From: Thermoanaerobaculia bacterium | GTDB lineage: Bacteria; Acidobacteriota; Thermoanaerobaculia; Multivoradales; Multivoraceae | Assembly (NCBI GenBank): GCA_963666565.1 | Contig: OY762911.1 | Span: 1,280,001 to 1,344,000 of the forward strand | Reading direction: 5' to 3' | DNA: 64,000 nucleotides | Part shown: piece by piece, positions 45,900 to 55,140 of the stretch | How positions within the stretch are numbered: position 1 is the stretch's first letter | Layout: every line of letters starts with the position of its first letter | The notes under the pieces: model-generated | What the model saw: only the letters and a program-made list of their open reading frames with translations | Database searches by the model: none | Told to the model about the DNA's origin: nothing | Made by a program: the position numbers and the translations under genes

Positions 45900-48800
45900 T
45901 CATTCCACGGCACGCCTTTCCTCGTGGGGCTGGACTTCGATCGCCAGGGCGAAGGCCTGCCCTTCGATCGGGGCGTCCTCCAAGCCGCCGGCGTCGCTCT
46001 GCGCGCCCTCGTCGCTCACGGCTTGCAGCGTCACGGCGAGCGTTTCGCCGCGGATCCAGTCGCGGTGCGCGTCGATGGCCGCCTCGACGTCTTCGGCGGC
46101 GCGGTAGCGGACCGCGATGCGGTCGGCGTAGTCGAGGTCCGCGGCGCGCCGCCGGTTCTGGACCCGGTGGACGACCTCGCGGGCGAGCCCCTCGGCGATC
46201 AGGCCGTCGTCCAGTTCGACGTCGAGGGCGACCAGGAGCTCGCTGTCGCCGTGAACGGCAATCCCGGGTCGCTCCTCGAGCCGTACCTCGACCTCGTCCG
46301 GTCCGAGATACTCCGTGTCGCCGTCGAGCTCCACGGCGATGCGACCGGAATCGTCGAGTTCCCGCTTCAGATCGGCGCCGCTCCGGGCGGCGAGCGCGGC
46401 CTTCACCGCCGGCATGGCGCGGCCGAAGCGGGGCCCGCACTTCGGGTAGTGCGGCACGACGTCGAAGGACACGTACTCCGAACTGTCCGCCGCCCAGCCG
46501 ACTTCGTGCACGTTCAGTTCGTCCCGGAGCAGGTCGACGTAGGGCGCGACGAGTTCTTCCACGCCCGGATCGGCCGTGACCAGGGTGACGGACCGCAGCG
46601 GCTGCCGGATCCGGATGCCGTTCGCGTTGCGCGCGGAGCGGCCGTTGCGGGCGACCTGGAGTACGGTGGCCATCGCCGTCTCCAGCCGGTCGTCGGACCG
46701 GTCCGCGGGCGGCTCGGGCCAGGACTCCAGGTGGCAACTGACCGCGCCCCCGCCCTGGCCCGACAGGAGGCGTCGGTGCAGTTCCTCGGCGACGAAGGGC
46801 ACGAAGGGCGCGATCAGGAGGCGCAGCGAGGTGAGCACTTCGTAGAGCGTCTGGTAGGCGCTCTCCTTGTCCGCGCCCGGTCCGTCGGTCGCGGCGTCTT
46901 CGCTGGGCGCCCAGAACCGGTCGCGGCTGCGCCGGATGTACCAGTTCGTCAGTTCGTCCAGGAAAGTCTCGATGCCGCGCGCTGCGGGCGCGGTGCGGTA
47001 GCCGCTCAGGTGCTCCGTCGTCGCGCGTGCCAGCCGGTACAGGCGAAGCAGGATCCACCGGTCGAGCGAAGCCCGCTCGGCGAAGGGGATCTCCGCGCCG
47101 CCGGGCCGCCAGCCGTCCAGGTTCGCGTAGATCGTGAAGAACGAGAGAGCGTTCCACAGCGGCAGCAGGAAGGTCTGGGCCGCCTCGCGGACCAGCCGGG
47201 CCGAGAAGCGCGACGACTGCTCCGGGTTGTTGACGCAGAAGTACCACCGCAGCGCGTCGGCACCGGTCTCGGCCACCACCTCCATCGGCTCCACGACGTT
47301 GCCGAGCCGCTTCGACATCTTGCGGCCGTTCTCGTCGTTCACGTGGCCGAGGACGATGCAGTTGAGGTAGGCCGGACTGTCGAACAGCAGGCAGCCCAGG
47401 ACGTGCAGCAGGTAGAACCAGCCCCGCGTCTGGTCGACCGCCTCGGAGATGAAGTCCGCCGGGAAGCGCGAGCGGAAGGTCTCCTCGTTCTCGAACGGGT
47501 AGTGGTACTGCGCGAAGGGCATCGCGCCCGAGTCGAACCAGGCGTCGATGACGTACTCGACGCGCTGCATCGTGCCGCCGCACCCGGAAGCCGCGCATGG
47601 CCACCGGAAGTCGTCGATGAAGGGCCGGTGCGGGTCGAAGCGCTCGCGGTCGTACGGGTCGTCCGGGAGCGACCGGCCCGCCTTGCGAAAGAGCTCATCG
47701 AACGAACCGACGACGTCCACGGCGTCGCAGTCGCCGCACTTCCAGACCGGCAGTGGCGTGCCCCAGTAACGGCTCCGGGACACCGCCCAGTCCACGACGT
47801 TCGCGAGCCAGTCGCCGAACCGGCCCTCGCCGACATGCTCCGGATGCCAGCGGATCTGGCGGTTCTTCTCGATCATCAGGTCGCGGGCGGCGGTGGTGCG
47901 CACGAACCAGCTCCCTGTCGCGTAGTAGAGCAGCGGCTGATCGCAGCGCCAGCAGAAGGGGTAGCTGTGGCTGTAGCGCTCGCCGTGGAGCAGGCGGCCG
48001 CGCTGCCGCAGCGAGCGGACGATCTTCGGGTCGGCGTCCTTGAACCAGGCGCCGTCGATCTCTTCGATCAGGGTCCGGATGGAGGGATCGGCGGAACTTC
48101 TCTCCGCGTCGAGCGCGACGCGGCCCTCCCCGTCGACCGCCTGGAGCTCCGGCAGGCCGTACTCGCGGCCGGTGCGCTGGTCGTCTTCGCCGAACAGCGG
48201 CGCCGTGTGAACCGCGCCGGTGCCCTCGGCCAGGGTGACGTAGTCGGCGAGCAGAATGCGGAAGCCAGCCTCGTCCGACACCTCGGCGGGGCGGTACGGG
48301 CGGCTCGGCTCGACGGCGAACGGCCGGTCGTAGAGCGCGCCCTCCAGGGCCCTGCCGGATAAGCGGGCCACGGTCTCGGCTTCGCGGAGGTCGAGGCGGG
48401 CCGGCTTGCCGTCGCCGGGAACGAGCACCGGCACGGGCCGCTCAAGATCCTCGGCGATCAGCAGTAGCCGCTCCGGGTCGCCGGGGTCGGCCACCGCGCG
48501 GTAGATCAGTTCGGGATGCACGGCGATGCCGGCGTGCGAGAGCAGCGTCCAGGGCGTCGTCGTCCAGGCCACGATGTCGACCGGCCGGTCGGTGCTGAAC
48601 GCCGTGCCGGCGCCGTCGCTGGCATCGAGCGCGCGAAGCGTCTGCCCCGGCCGCAGCGGAAACCGCACCCAGATCGACGGATCCTCCGTGTCGCGGTAGT
48701 TCTGCGCCACTTCGTGGCTCGACAGCGTCGTTCCGCAGCGGGCGCAGTAAGGCAGGATCTTCCGGCCCTCGTACAGCAGGTCCTTCTTCCAGAGCTCGGC

Positions 48801-49313
48801 CAGCGCCCACCACACGGACTCGATGTAGGTGTTCCTGTAGGTCCGGTAGGCGCTGTCCATGTCGAGCCAGTAGCCGACCCGCTCGGTCATCCGCCGCCAA
48901 CGGCGCTCGTAGGTGCCGACGCTCTCCAGGCAGGCGTTGTTGAACTTCTCGATCCCGTAGTCCTCGATCTGCTGCTTGCCGGAGAAGCCAAGCTGCTTCT
49001 CCACCTCGATCTCGACGGGCAGTCCGTGCGTGTCCCAGCCGCCCTTGCGGGGCACCCGCCGGCCGGTCATCGTGCGGAACCGCGGGTAGAGGTCCTTCAC
49101 CACCCGCGTGACGACATGGCCGACATGGGGCACGTTGTTCGCGGTCGGCGGACCTTCGTAGAACGAGAACTCGCGCTCGTCGTCGTCGCCGGCGGCCAGC
49201 GAGGCTTCGAACACTTTCTCGCGCCGCCAGAACTCCAGCGTCTCGCGCTCCAGCTCGGGAAAGGGATAGCCGCCGGGTACGGGCGGGAACCCGGATGGTG
49301 CGTCCTGCTTCAT
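45900..49313 (-). CDS. ileS: Isoleucyl-tRNA synthetase, type 2 (start 49313 or 49340)
   Basis: YEGPP, HVGH, GWDTHGLP, WTTTPWTL, DQTRGWF, KMSKR; long C-terminus without the type 1 Zn finger. Confidence 0.95.
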   Translation of the reverse strand: MKQDAPSGFPPVPGGYPFPELERETLEFWRREKVFEASLAAGDDDEREFSFYEGPPTANNVPHVGHVVTRVVKDLYPRFRTMTGRRVPRKGGWDTHGLPVEIEVEKQLGFSGKQQIEDYGIEKFNNACLESVGTYERRWRRMTERVGYWLDMDSAYRTYRNTYIESVWWALAELWKKDLLYEGRKILPYCARCGTTLSSHEVAQNYRDTEDPSIWVRFPLRPGQTLRALDASDGAGTAFSTDRPVDIVAWTTTPWTLLSHAGIAVHPELIYRAVADPGDPERLLLIAEDLERPVPVLVPGDGKPARLDLREAETVARLSGRALEGALYDRPFAVEPSRPYRPAEVSDEAGFRILLADYVTLAEGTGAVHTAPLFGEDDQRTGREYGLPELQAVDGEGRVALDAERSSADPSIRTLIEEIDGAWFKDADPKIVRSLRQRGRLLHGERYSHSYPFCWRCDQPLLYYATGSWFVRTTAARDLMIEKNRQIRWHPEHVGEGRFGDWLANVVDWAVSRSRYWGTPLPVWKCGDCDAVDVVGSFDELFRKAGRSLPDDPYDRERFDPHRPFIDDFRWPCAASGCGGTMQRVEYVIDAWFDSGAMPFAQYHYPFENEETFRSRFPADFISEAVDQTRGWFYLLHVLGCLLFDSPAYLNCIVLGHVNDENGRKMSKRLGNVVEPMEVVAETGADALRWYFCVNNPEQSSRFSARLVREAAQTFLLPLWNALSFFTIYANLDGWRPGGAEIPFAERASLDRWILLRLYRLARATTEHLSGYRTAPAARGIETFLDELTNWYIRRSRDRFWAPSEDAATDGPGADKESAYQTLYEVLTSLRLLIAPFVPFVAEELHRRLLSGQGGGAVSCHLESWPEPPADRSDDRLETAMATVLQVARNGRSARNANGIRIRQPLRSVTLVTADPGVEELVAPYVDLLRDELNVHEVGWAADSSEYVSFDVVPHYPKCGPRFGRAMPAVKAALAARSGADLKRELDDSGRIAVELDGDTEYLGPDEVEVRLEERPGIAVHGDSELLVALDVELDDGLIAEGLAREVVHRVQNRRRAADLDYADRIAVRYRAAEDVEAAIDAHRDWIRGETLAVTLQAVSDEGAQSDAGGLEDAPIEGQAFALAIEVQPHEERRAVE

Positions 49314-49443
49314 CCCTGAACCGGTCCTCGCGTCCGTCATCGGGCGCATGGATGGCACGCGAGTGTGCCGTCGCGGTACGCGGAGGCGCGGCCGCAACGG
49401 GACATCGGTAGAGCGTGCGGGCTCGACACGGCGGCGCTCCGCT

Positions 49444-50457
49444 TCAGGCGGCAAAACGCTGGCGCTCGACGAACGCCGTCAGCGCTGCCGCGAACTTCGC
49501 CGGCCGTTCGACGTGGGGCAGGTTGCGGCAGCCGTCGAAGACGTCGAGGTCGGCGTTCGGCAGTTCCTGCAGCCAGAGGTCGGCCGTCTCGAGGGGAGGG
49601 TTGGTCGCCTGCCGGCCCCAGGCCAGCCACACCGGCTGGCCGATTCCGGCGCCGACGCCGGCCGGCAGCCGGTGGCCGAGGCGGCCGCAGAGGGACTCGA
49701 TCAGGGCGTGCCCGGCGCCGGGCAGATGGCTCGCGCGGTAGAGCTGCTCCACCACGGACTCGCCCAGGCCCTCGGCGCCGAACAGGGTCTCGCGGCGGAG
49801 GTGGTTCTCCAGCGCCCGCTCGCCGGTGACCAGGTTGAGCGCCGACTTGCCGAGCACGGGCGCCCGGAGCAGCGCGTGCATCACCGGGTCGCTGCGCTCG
49901 TCCGTGACCTCCGTGCCGATTCCCTGGGGACCGACGAGCGCCAGGGCCGCGACCAGGTCCGGCGCGTCCACCGCGACCTCGACCGCGTAGGCCGCGCTGC
50001 GGTGGGGGGCGACGAGCACCGCGCTCTCGCCCACGGCCTCTTCCAGGAACCGCCCGAGCAGGTCGATGTAGAGCCGGGCCGTGTAGCGCCGGTTCGAGCG
50101 TTCCGAGTCGCCCCAGCCGAGCCAGTCGGGCACGAAGCAGTCGTGGCTCCTCGCAAGGCGCTCGGCCGCCTCGCGCCACAGCAGGCCGGTGTGGCCGGGT
50201 CCGAACGTGTGGAGCAGGACCATCGGCGGTCTGCCGGCGCGGCCCGGGGACTCCAGGTGGACGAAGGCGATCCGGTGGCCGTCGACCTCGACGTGCCGGG
50301 TGTCGCCCCAGCGCGGCCGCGGCAGCCGCTTCGCCCTGCGCGCCACGATCGCGTTGAACAGGGCCGGGGCGCCCAGCGCGACGCCGCCGAGGAGCAGGCC
50401 GTTCGCCAGGCGCCGCCTGACCAGCCGCCGGCTTTCCTGGTTCGCGGAGCGGGCCAT
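49444..50457 (-). CDS. Alpha/beta-fold hydrolase-like protein
   Basis: N-terminal hydrophobic segment, PDWLGWGDS, LPHVERP; GxSxG not evident. Confidence 0.75.
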   Translation of the reverse strand: MARSANQESRRLVRRRLANGLLLGGVALGAPALFNAIVARRAKRLPRPRWGDTRHVEVDGHRIAFVHLESPGRAGRPPMVLLHTFGPGHTGLLWREAAERLARSHDCFVPDWLGWGDSERSNRRYTARLYIDLLGRFLEEAVGESAVLVAPHRSAAYAVEVAVDAPDLVAALALVGPQGIGTEVTDERSDPVMHALLRAPVLGKSALNLVTGERALENHLRRETLFGAEGLGESVVEQLYRASHLPGAGHALIESLCGRLGHRLPAGVGAGIGQPVWLAWGRQATNPPLETADLWLQELPNADLDVFDGCRNLPHVERPAKFAAALTAFVERQRFAA

Positions 50458-50532
50458 GCGGCGGAGGATAGCAGCGGCGCCAGCGGGTTTCGGCCCGTTC
50501 GGAGCGCGGCGCCGGGGGTGCATAATCGACCC

Positions 50533-51006
50533 GTGGCGTTCGAGATCGCGGTGGCCTGGGTGGGCCGTCGCCGGGAGCCCTGGGAGACGCTCTGCGGCGA
50601 CTATCGACGGAGAATCGAGCGGTTCGCGCCGGTACGCGAACTCGTCGTGCGCCCGGGTCGCGGCGACGACCGGACCCGGCTGCGAGTCGAAGGAAAGGCG
50701 ATCCGGTCCGCCCTGCCTGCCGGCGCCTGGACCGTCTGCCTCGACCGGCGGGGCCGCCGCCTCGGTTCGACCGAACTCGCGGCGGAGGTGGGCCGGCTGC
50801 GGTCCGAGTGGCCCCGGCCCGTCGCGTGGGTCGTCGGCTCGGACCTGGGGCTCGACCGGAACCTCCTGGAATCGTGCCGTTTGCGGCTCTCTCTGGGGCC
50901 GCTCACGCTCGCTCACGAGCTGGCCCGGCTGACCCTCTACGAGCAGATCTACAGAGCGTTCACCATCCTCGAGGGAATCAACTATCATCGGCGCCCGTTT
51001 CACTGA
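50533..51006 (+). CDS. rlmH: 23S rRNA pseudouridine-1915 N3-methyltransferase
   Basis: LDRRG, LSLGPLTLAHELAR..LYEQIYRA..I.....YH. Confidence 0.9.
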   Translation: MAFEIAVAWVGRRREPWETLCGDYRRRIERFAPVRELVVRPGRGDDRTRLRVEGKAIRSALPAGAWTVCLDRRGRRLGSTELAAEVGRLRSEWPRPVAWVVGSDLGLDRNLLESCRLRLSLGPLTLAHELARLTLYEQIYRAFTILEGINYHRRPFH

Positions 51007-51026
51007 GCCGCGTGCGGAGGGATCAG

Positions 51027-52508
51027 GTGGCAAAGGCGGAAGAGACCTCTCGAACCGACGGATCGAACGACGTCAAGGAAGCGGCAGCCGCCGCGGCGCG
51101 GGAACTCGCGTCGGCGAGGGCCGTAGCCAAGAAGGCCCGGGCGGCTCGAGTCCGGAAGGTCGCCACCGCCGAGCGGACCGCGAAGGAAGTCGCCGGGAAG
51201 AAGACGGCGGCGCAGCAGGCGGTTCGCGAAGAGAAGGCCGCGGCCGCGGCGGCCGCCAGGGCGGCGAAGACCGCCGAGGCCAGGAAGGACGCGGCAGCCG
51301 CCGCGGCGAAGGATGCGTCGGCGAAGAGCGTTTCGGCGCGAACGGCCGAACGGAAGGCCACCGCCGACCGGAACGCGGCGTCGAAGGCTGCCGCGCTCGC
51401 CGAGGAGCGGACCGCCGCGGCGAAGCAGGCGGCAGCCGCCGGGAAGAGTGCCCGCGCGCTCGCCCTGAGGACGTCGAAGGCGGCCGAAGCGGCGAAGGCG
51501 GCCCACGAACTGGCGGCGAAGCAGGCGGCGGAGGCGAAGGAGAAGGCGCAGGCGGCCGCGCGCGAGGCCTCGGCCGGCAAGCGCGAGGCCGACAGGGCGG
51601 ACCGCGAGGCGGCAAAGGCCGGCGACGCCGCCGCGAAGGCGCGGGACGGGGCCGCCGCCACGAAGAAGGCCGCCGCCGAGTCCGCCCGGCTTGCCGCCTC
51701 GACCGGCAAGGCCGCGGCGAGCGCCGCCAGGCTGATGGCCACCCGCAAGGAGGCCGCGCAGGCGGCGGGCAGGGAGGCCGCGGCGAAGGAAGCCGCCGCC
51801 AGGAAGTCGGCGCGGACGTCCGCCTCGAGAGCGGCAGCCGCCGAGAAGGCCGTGCAGGCGGCGGCGGATGCGAAAGCCGCGATCGGGGGTGCAGAGCTCG
51901 CCGTGGCGGAGGTGGAGAAGCTGGTGGCCCAGGCGGTGGCCGGGAAGGAGGCCGCGGACAAGGCGGCCGAGGAGAAGGCGGCCGAGGCGCGGGCCGAAAG
52001 GGCTCGGGCGGAAGCCGCGGCGAAGGCGCGGGCGGCCCGGAAGGAGGCCGCGCGGAAGAAGCGTGAGCGCAAGCCGCCGACATTGCTGCTCCGGCCGGAG
52101 CGCGCCGGCGGCAACGGAGGCCCGGGCGCCCGGCGAAGAGACGCCGACGTCGACTTCGAGTGGGTGCGGGAGAAGCTGGAAGAGAAGCGCCGGGAGCTGT
52201 TCGGCCGCTACAACCGCGATCTCACCGCCGGCCTCAAGGCGTCGACCGGCGAGGGCGCCGAGGACCTGGTGGACCGGGCGAACCACGCCTACAGCCGGGA
52301 GTTGAACTTCTCGCTCTCGGACAGCGACGGCATCCTGCTGAACCGGATCGTCGAAGCGACGGCCCGCCTGGACGACGGCACCTTCGGCATCTGCGTCCAC
52401 TGCAGCAACGAGCTGGGCCGCGCCCGCCTGGAGGCGGTACCGTGGGCGCCCTACTGCATCGACTGCCAGGAACTCGAAGAGAAGGGCCGGCTCCCCGCGG
52501 ACGAGTGA
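51027..52508 (+). CDS. DksA/TraR C4 zinc-finger protein with ~350-aa Ala/Lys-rich N-terminal extension
   Basis: GGAGG RBS; DLVDRA (DxxDxA), FGICVHC, RLEAVPWA..CIDCQ. Confidence 0.8.
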   Translation: MAKAEETSRTDGSNDVKEAAAAAARELASARAVAKKARAARVRKVATAERTAKEVAGKKTAAQQAVREEKAAAAAAARAAKTAEARKDAAAAAAKDASAKSVSARTAERKATADRNAASKAAALAEERTAAAKQAAAAGKSARALALRTSKAAEAAKAAHELAAKQAAEAKEKAQAAAREASAGKREADRADREAAKAGDAAAKARDGAAATKKAAAESARLAASTGKAAASAARLMATRKEAAQAAGREAAAKEAAARKSARTSASRAAAAEKAVQAAADAKAAIGGAELAVAEVEKLVAQAVAGKEAADKAAEEKAAEARAERARAEAAAKARAARKEAARKKRERKPPTLLLRPERAGGNGGPGARRRDADVDFEWVREKLEEKRRELFGRYNRDLTAGLKASTGEGAEDLVDRANHAYSRELNFSLSDSDGILLNRIVEATARLDDGTFGICVHCSNELGRARLEAVPWAPYCIDCQELEEKGRLPADE

Positions 52509-54130
52509 CCGCGCCCGAAATCGACGCCGCCATCGAGCGAATCGAAGGCGGCGACCGCCTGCCGCTCTACCTCGTGATCGGTGAGCAGGTGCTGGCCACG
52601 CGGGAGGCGACGCGCATCGCCGAAGCGCTGGCTGCCGCGGCCGGCTGCGAGGTCGCGGTTCACAGGGGGACGGCCGGCGCGGAACTGCGGTCGATTCTGG
52701 CCGATCTGTTCACCTTCTCCCTGTTCGATTCGGCCAAGGTCGCCGTGGTCGCCGGCAGCGCGGCGTTCGCCGACAAGGATGCCGCGGCCGAGCTGATCGA
52801 CGAGACGGCCGCCGCACTGGACGAGGACCGCGGCCTGGCCGGCGGGGCCGGCGAGACGCTCTCCCCGGCGGAGCGGACCGCGGCGGGACGGCTTCTCCAG
52901 ACGCTGCGGCTGTTCGGGATCGACCCGTTCGCCGGCGAGGCGGAAGAGACGATCTCCTCCTTGCCCGACTCCGCGCTGGCGGGCGGCAGGAGCCAGCGAA
53001 GGGGCGGCCGCCGCGGCCGGCCGAAGAAGGAGAGGGTCGCGCTCGCCAAGGGACTGGCCGCTCTGCTGGAGGCGGCCCGGGCGGAAGGCCTGACCGGGTG
53101 GTCGGCCGACGATCTCGCGGAACTCGACCGGGCGGCGGGCGGCGGACTGCCGGAGGGCCACGCCATGGTTCTCGCCGAGAGGAACGCCGATCCCAAGCAC
53201 CCCCTCGTCAAGCGCCTGGTCGAGCGGAAGGCGGCGTTCGAGGTCGGTCAACTCGGGTTCGACCACAAGGGCAACTTCACCGGCCTCGGTCCGGTGGTCG
53301 CCGAACTGGAGCGCGAGACGGGCGTGCGAATCGATCCGGCGGCGGCCGGCGAACTGGCCCGGCGGACCCTGCGCAAGGAGGGCTGGGGGCCTTCCCAGGC
53401 GGATGCCGCCTCGGCCGCGCGCTTCGCGGCCGAGTACCGGAAGATCGCCGCCGGACTGCCCGATGGTTCCGGCCGGATCGACCGCGCCGCGGTGGAGGAG
53501 ATCGTCACCGACCGCGGCGAGCAGGACGTCTGGAAGATCGTCGGCGCGATCGAGCAACGCAGACCCGGTGACGTGCTGGCGCTGATGCGCCGCTACTTCG
53601 ACGGCGCGAAGGACCGGCAGGGCGAACGGTTCCGGTTCCTGAGCCTCCTGGCGGGACGGCTCCAGCAGTTGGCCGCGGTCCACGGGATCGCCATGGCCCA
53701 CGACCTGCGGGGAGAGCGGAACTTCAACGGCTTCAAGGCTCGCGTGCTGCCGACGCTGATGGCGGAGTGGCCCGCAGCGCTCAAGAAGCCCGCGCCCTAC
53801 GCGGTCTTTCGCGTCTACCAGGCCGCCATGGCCCGCCGCGGCTCGGAAGCGTCCGAGGAGCTCGCCCGGCTTCCGTGGCTGCTCCTGGAGACGGAGATGC
53901 GCCTGAAGGGAGGCAGCGACGACGGCGCCGCCGCGCTCGAGGCTCTCGTCCTCGCCGTCGCGGGGGCGGGCGGCGCCGGCCGGCGGCCGCGGCGCGGCGC
54001 CGGCGGCCCGGCAAGGCGCGGCGAAGGCGGCCCGCAACGGCGCGGCGCCGGCGGCGCCGGTCGGCCGATGCGGCCAGGACGGCGCCGTGGTCCGGCCCGC
54101 GGCCGCTCGCGTGCTGCCGGCCGGCGCTGA
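52505..54130 (+). CDS. DNA polymerase III delta (HolA)-like protein
   Basis: PLYLVIGE, FSLF..KV, DVWKIV.AI, ETEMRLKGG; longer than a typical HolA. Confidence 0.55.
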   Translation: MTAPEIDAAIERIEGGDRLPLYLVIGEQVLATREATRIAEALAAAAGCEVAVHRGTAGAELRSILADLFTFSLFDSAKVAVVAGSAAFADKDAAAELIDETAAALDEDRGLAGGAGETLSPAERTAAGRLLQTLRLFGIDPFAGEAEETISSLPDSALAGGRSQRRGGRRGRPKKERVALAKGLAALLEAARAEGLTGWSADDLAELDRAAGGGLPEGHAMVLAERNADPKHPLVKRLVERKAAFEVGQLGFDHKGNFTGLGPVVAELERETGVRIDPAAAGELARRTLRKEGWGPSQADAASAARFAAEYRKIAAGLPDGSGRIDRAAVEEIVTDRGEQDVWKIVGAIEQRRPGDVLALMRRYFDGAKDRQGERFRFLSLLAGRLQQLAAVHGIAMAHDLRGERNFNGFKARVLPTLMAEWPAALKKPAPYAVFRVYQAAMARRGSEASEELARLPWLLLETEMRLKGGSDDGAAALEALVLAVAGAGGAGRRPRRGAGGPARRGEGGPQRRGAGGAGRPMRPGRRRGPARGRSRAAGRR

Positions 54131-54132
54131 GC

Positions 54133-54957
54133 GTGCCCGAGCTTCCCGAAGTCGAGGTGCTGCGCCGGAGCCTGGAGCGGCCGCTCGCCGGCGACCGCTT
54201 CGAGACGGTTCGGGTCCACTTCCCGACCCTGCGCGAGCCGCTCAGCGAGAAGCGACTGTGCCGCCTGGAGGGCCGCACGATTGCCGGCCTGCGGCGGCGC
54301 GCGAAGTATCTGCTGATCGACGCCTCGGGCGGAACAACCCTGGTGCTGCATCTCGGGATGAGCGGCCGGTTGACCCTGGTCGACCGGGCGGCGCCGCTCG
54401 GGGACCACGAGCACCTCGGCTTCGAACTCGCGTCGGGCCGCCGCCTGCGGTTCCGCGATCCGCGTCGCTTCGGCCTCGCCTTCGTCGCGCCGACGGACGG
54501 TCTGGACCGGGACCGGCACTTTCGCCATCTCGGCGTCGAACCCTTGGCGCCCGGCTTCGACGGCGCGATGCTGGCCGAGTGCGCCCGCGGTCGGACGGCG
54601 CCGGTCAAGAGCTTCCTGATGGACGCCTCGGTCGTCGTCGGCGTGGGCAACATCTATGCCTCCGAGGCTCTGTTCCGCGCGCGCATCCATCCCCGCCGGT
54701 CCGTGGCGCGGATCGCGCGCCGACGCTTCGACCGGCTGGCCGGGTCCGTGCGGGAGGTGCTCGCCGAAGCGATCGAGCAGGGCGGCACGACCCTCAACGA
54801 CTTCGCCGACGGCGAGGGCAACTCGGGCTACTTCCAGGTCTCGCTCGACGTCTACGACCGCGAGGGTGCGCCCTGCCCGACCGGCTGCGGCGCCCGCATC
54901 CGCCGGGTCAATCTGTCGAATCGCAGCACGTACTACTGCCCGCGCTGCCAGAGGTAG
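54133..54957 (+). CDS. mutM: Formamidopyrimidine-DNA glycosylase
   Basis: PELPEVE, RRAKYL, HLGMSG, GVGNIYASE, CPRCQ. Confidence 0.97.
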   Translation: MPELPEVEVLRRSLERPLAGDRFETVRVHFPTLREPLSEKRLCRLEGRTIAGLRRRAKYLLIDASGGTTLVLHLGMSGRLTLVDRAAPLGDHEHLGFELASGRRLRFRDPRRFGLAFVAPTDGLDRDRHFRHLGVEPLAPGFDGAMLAECARGRTAPVKSFLMDASVVVGVGNIYASEALFRARIHPRRSVARIARRRFDRLAGSVREVLAEAIEQGGTTLNDFADGEGNSGYFQVSLDVYDREGAPCPTGCGARIRRVNLSNRSTYYCPRCQR

Positions 54958-55136
54958 CGGCGCCGGCCTGCGGCCGGCCGGTCTTCTGGCCGCCTTCGGC
55001 GGGAGCGGGTCGGAAGACCCGCGCACCCAGGGCGGGTCGGAAGACTCGCGCACCCAGGGCGGGTCGGAAGACCCGCGCACCCAGGGCGGGTCGGAAGACC
55101 CGCGCACCCGGGGCGGGTCGGAGGACCCGCGCACTC
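54958..55136 (-). repeat. Tandem array of a 27-bp REP hairpin unit (5 copies) plus hairpins 2 and 3
   Basis: GCGGGTCGGAAGACCCGCGCACCCAGG at 55005, 55032, 55059, 55086, 55113; between convergent mutM and permease. Confidence 0.95.
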
Positions 55137-55140
55137 GGCT

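Noticed and set aside
45900-49313. Acquired mupirocin-resistance ileS
   Set aside because: Type 2 IleRS with host-like codon usage, an ordinary HVGH motif and no mobile context; likely the housekeeping copy
55005-55136. CRISPR array
   Set aside because: Contiguous 27-bp units without spacers
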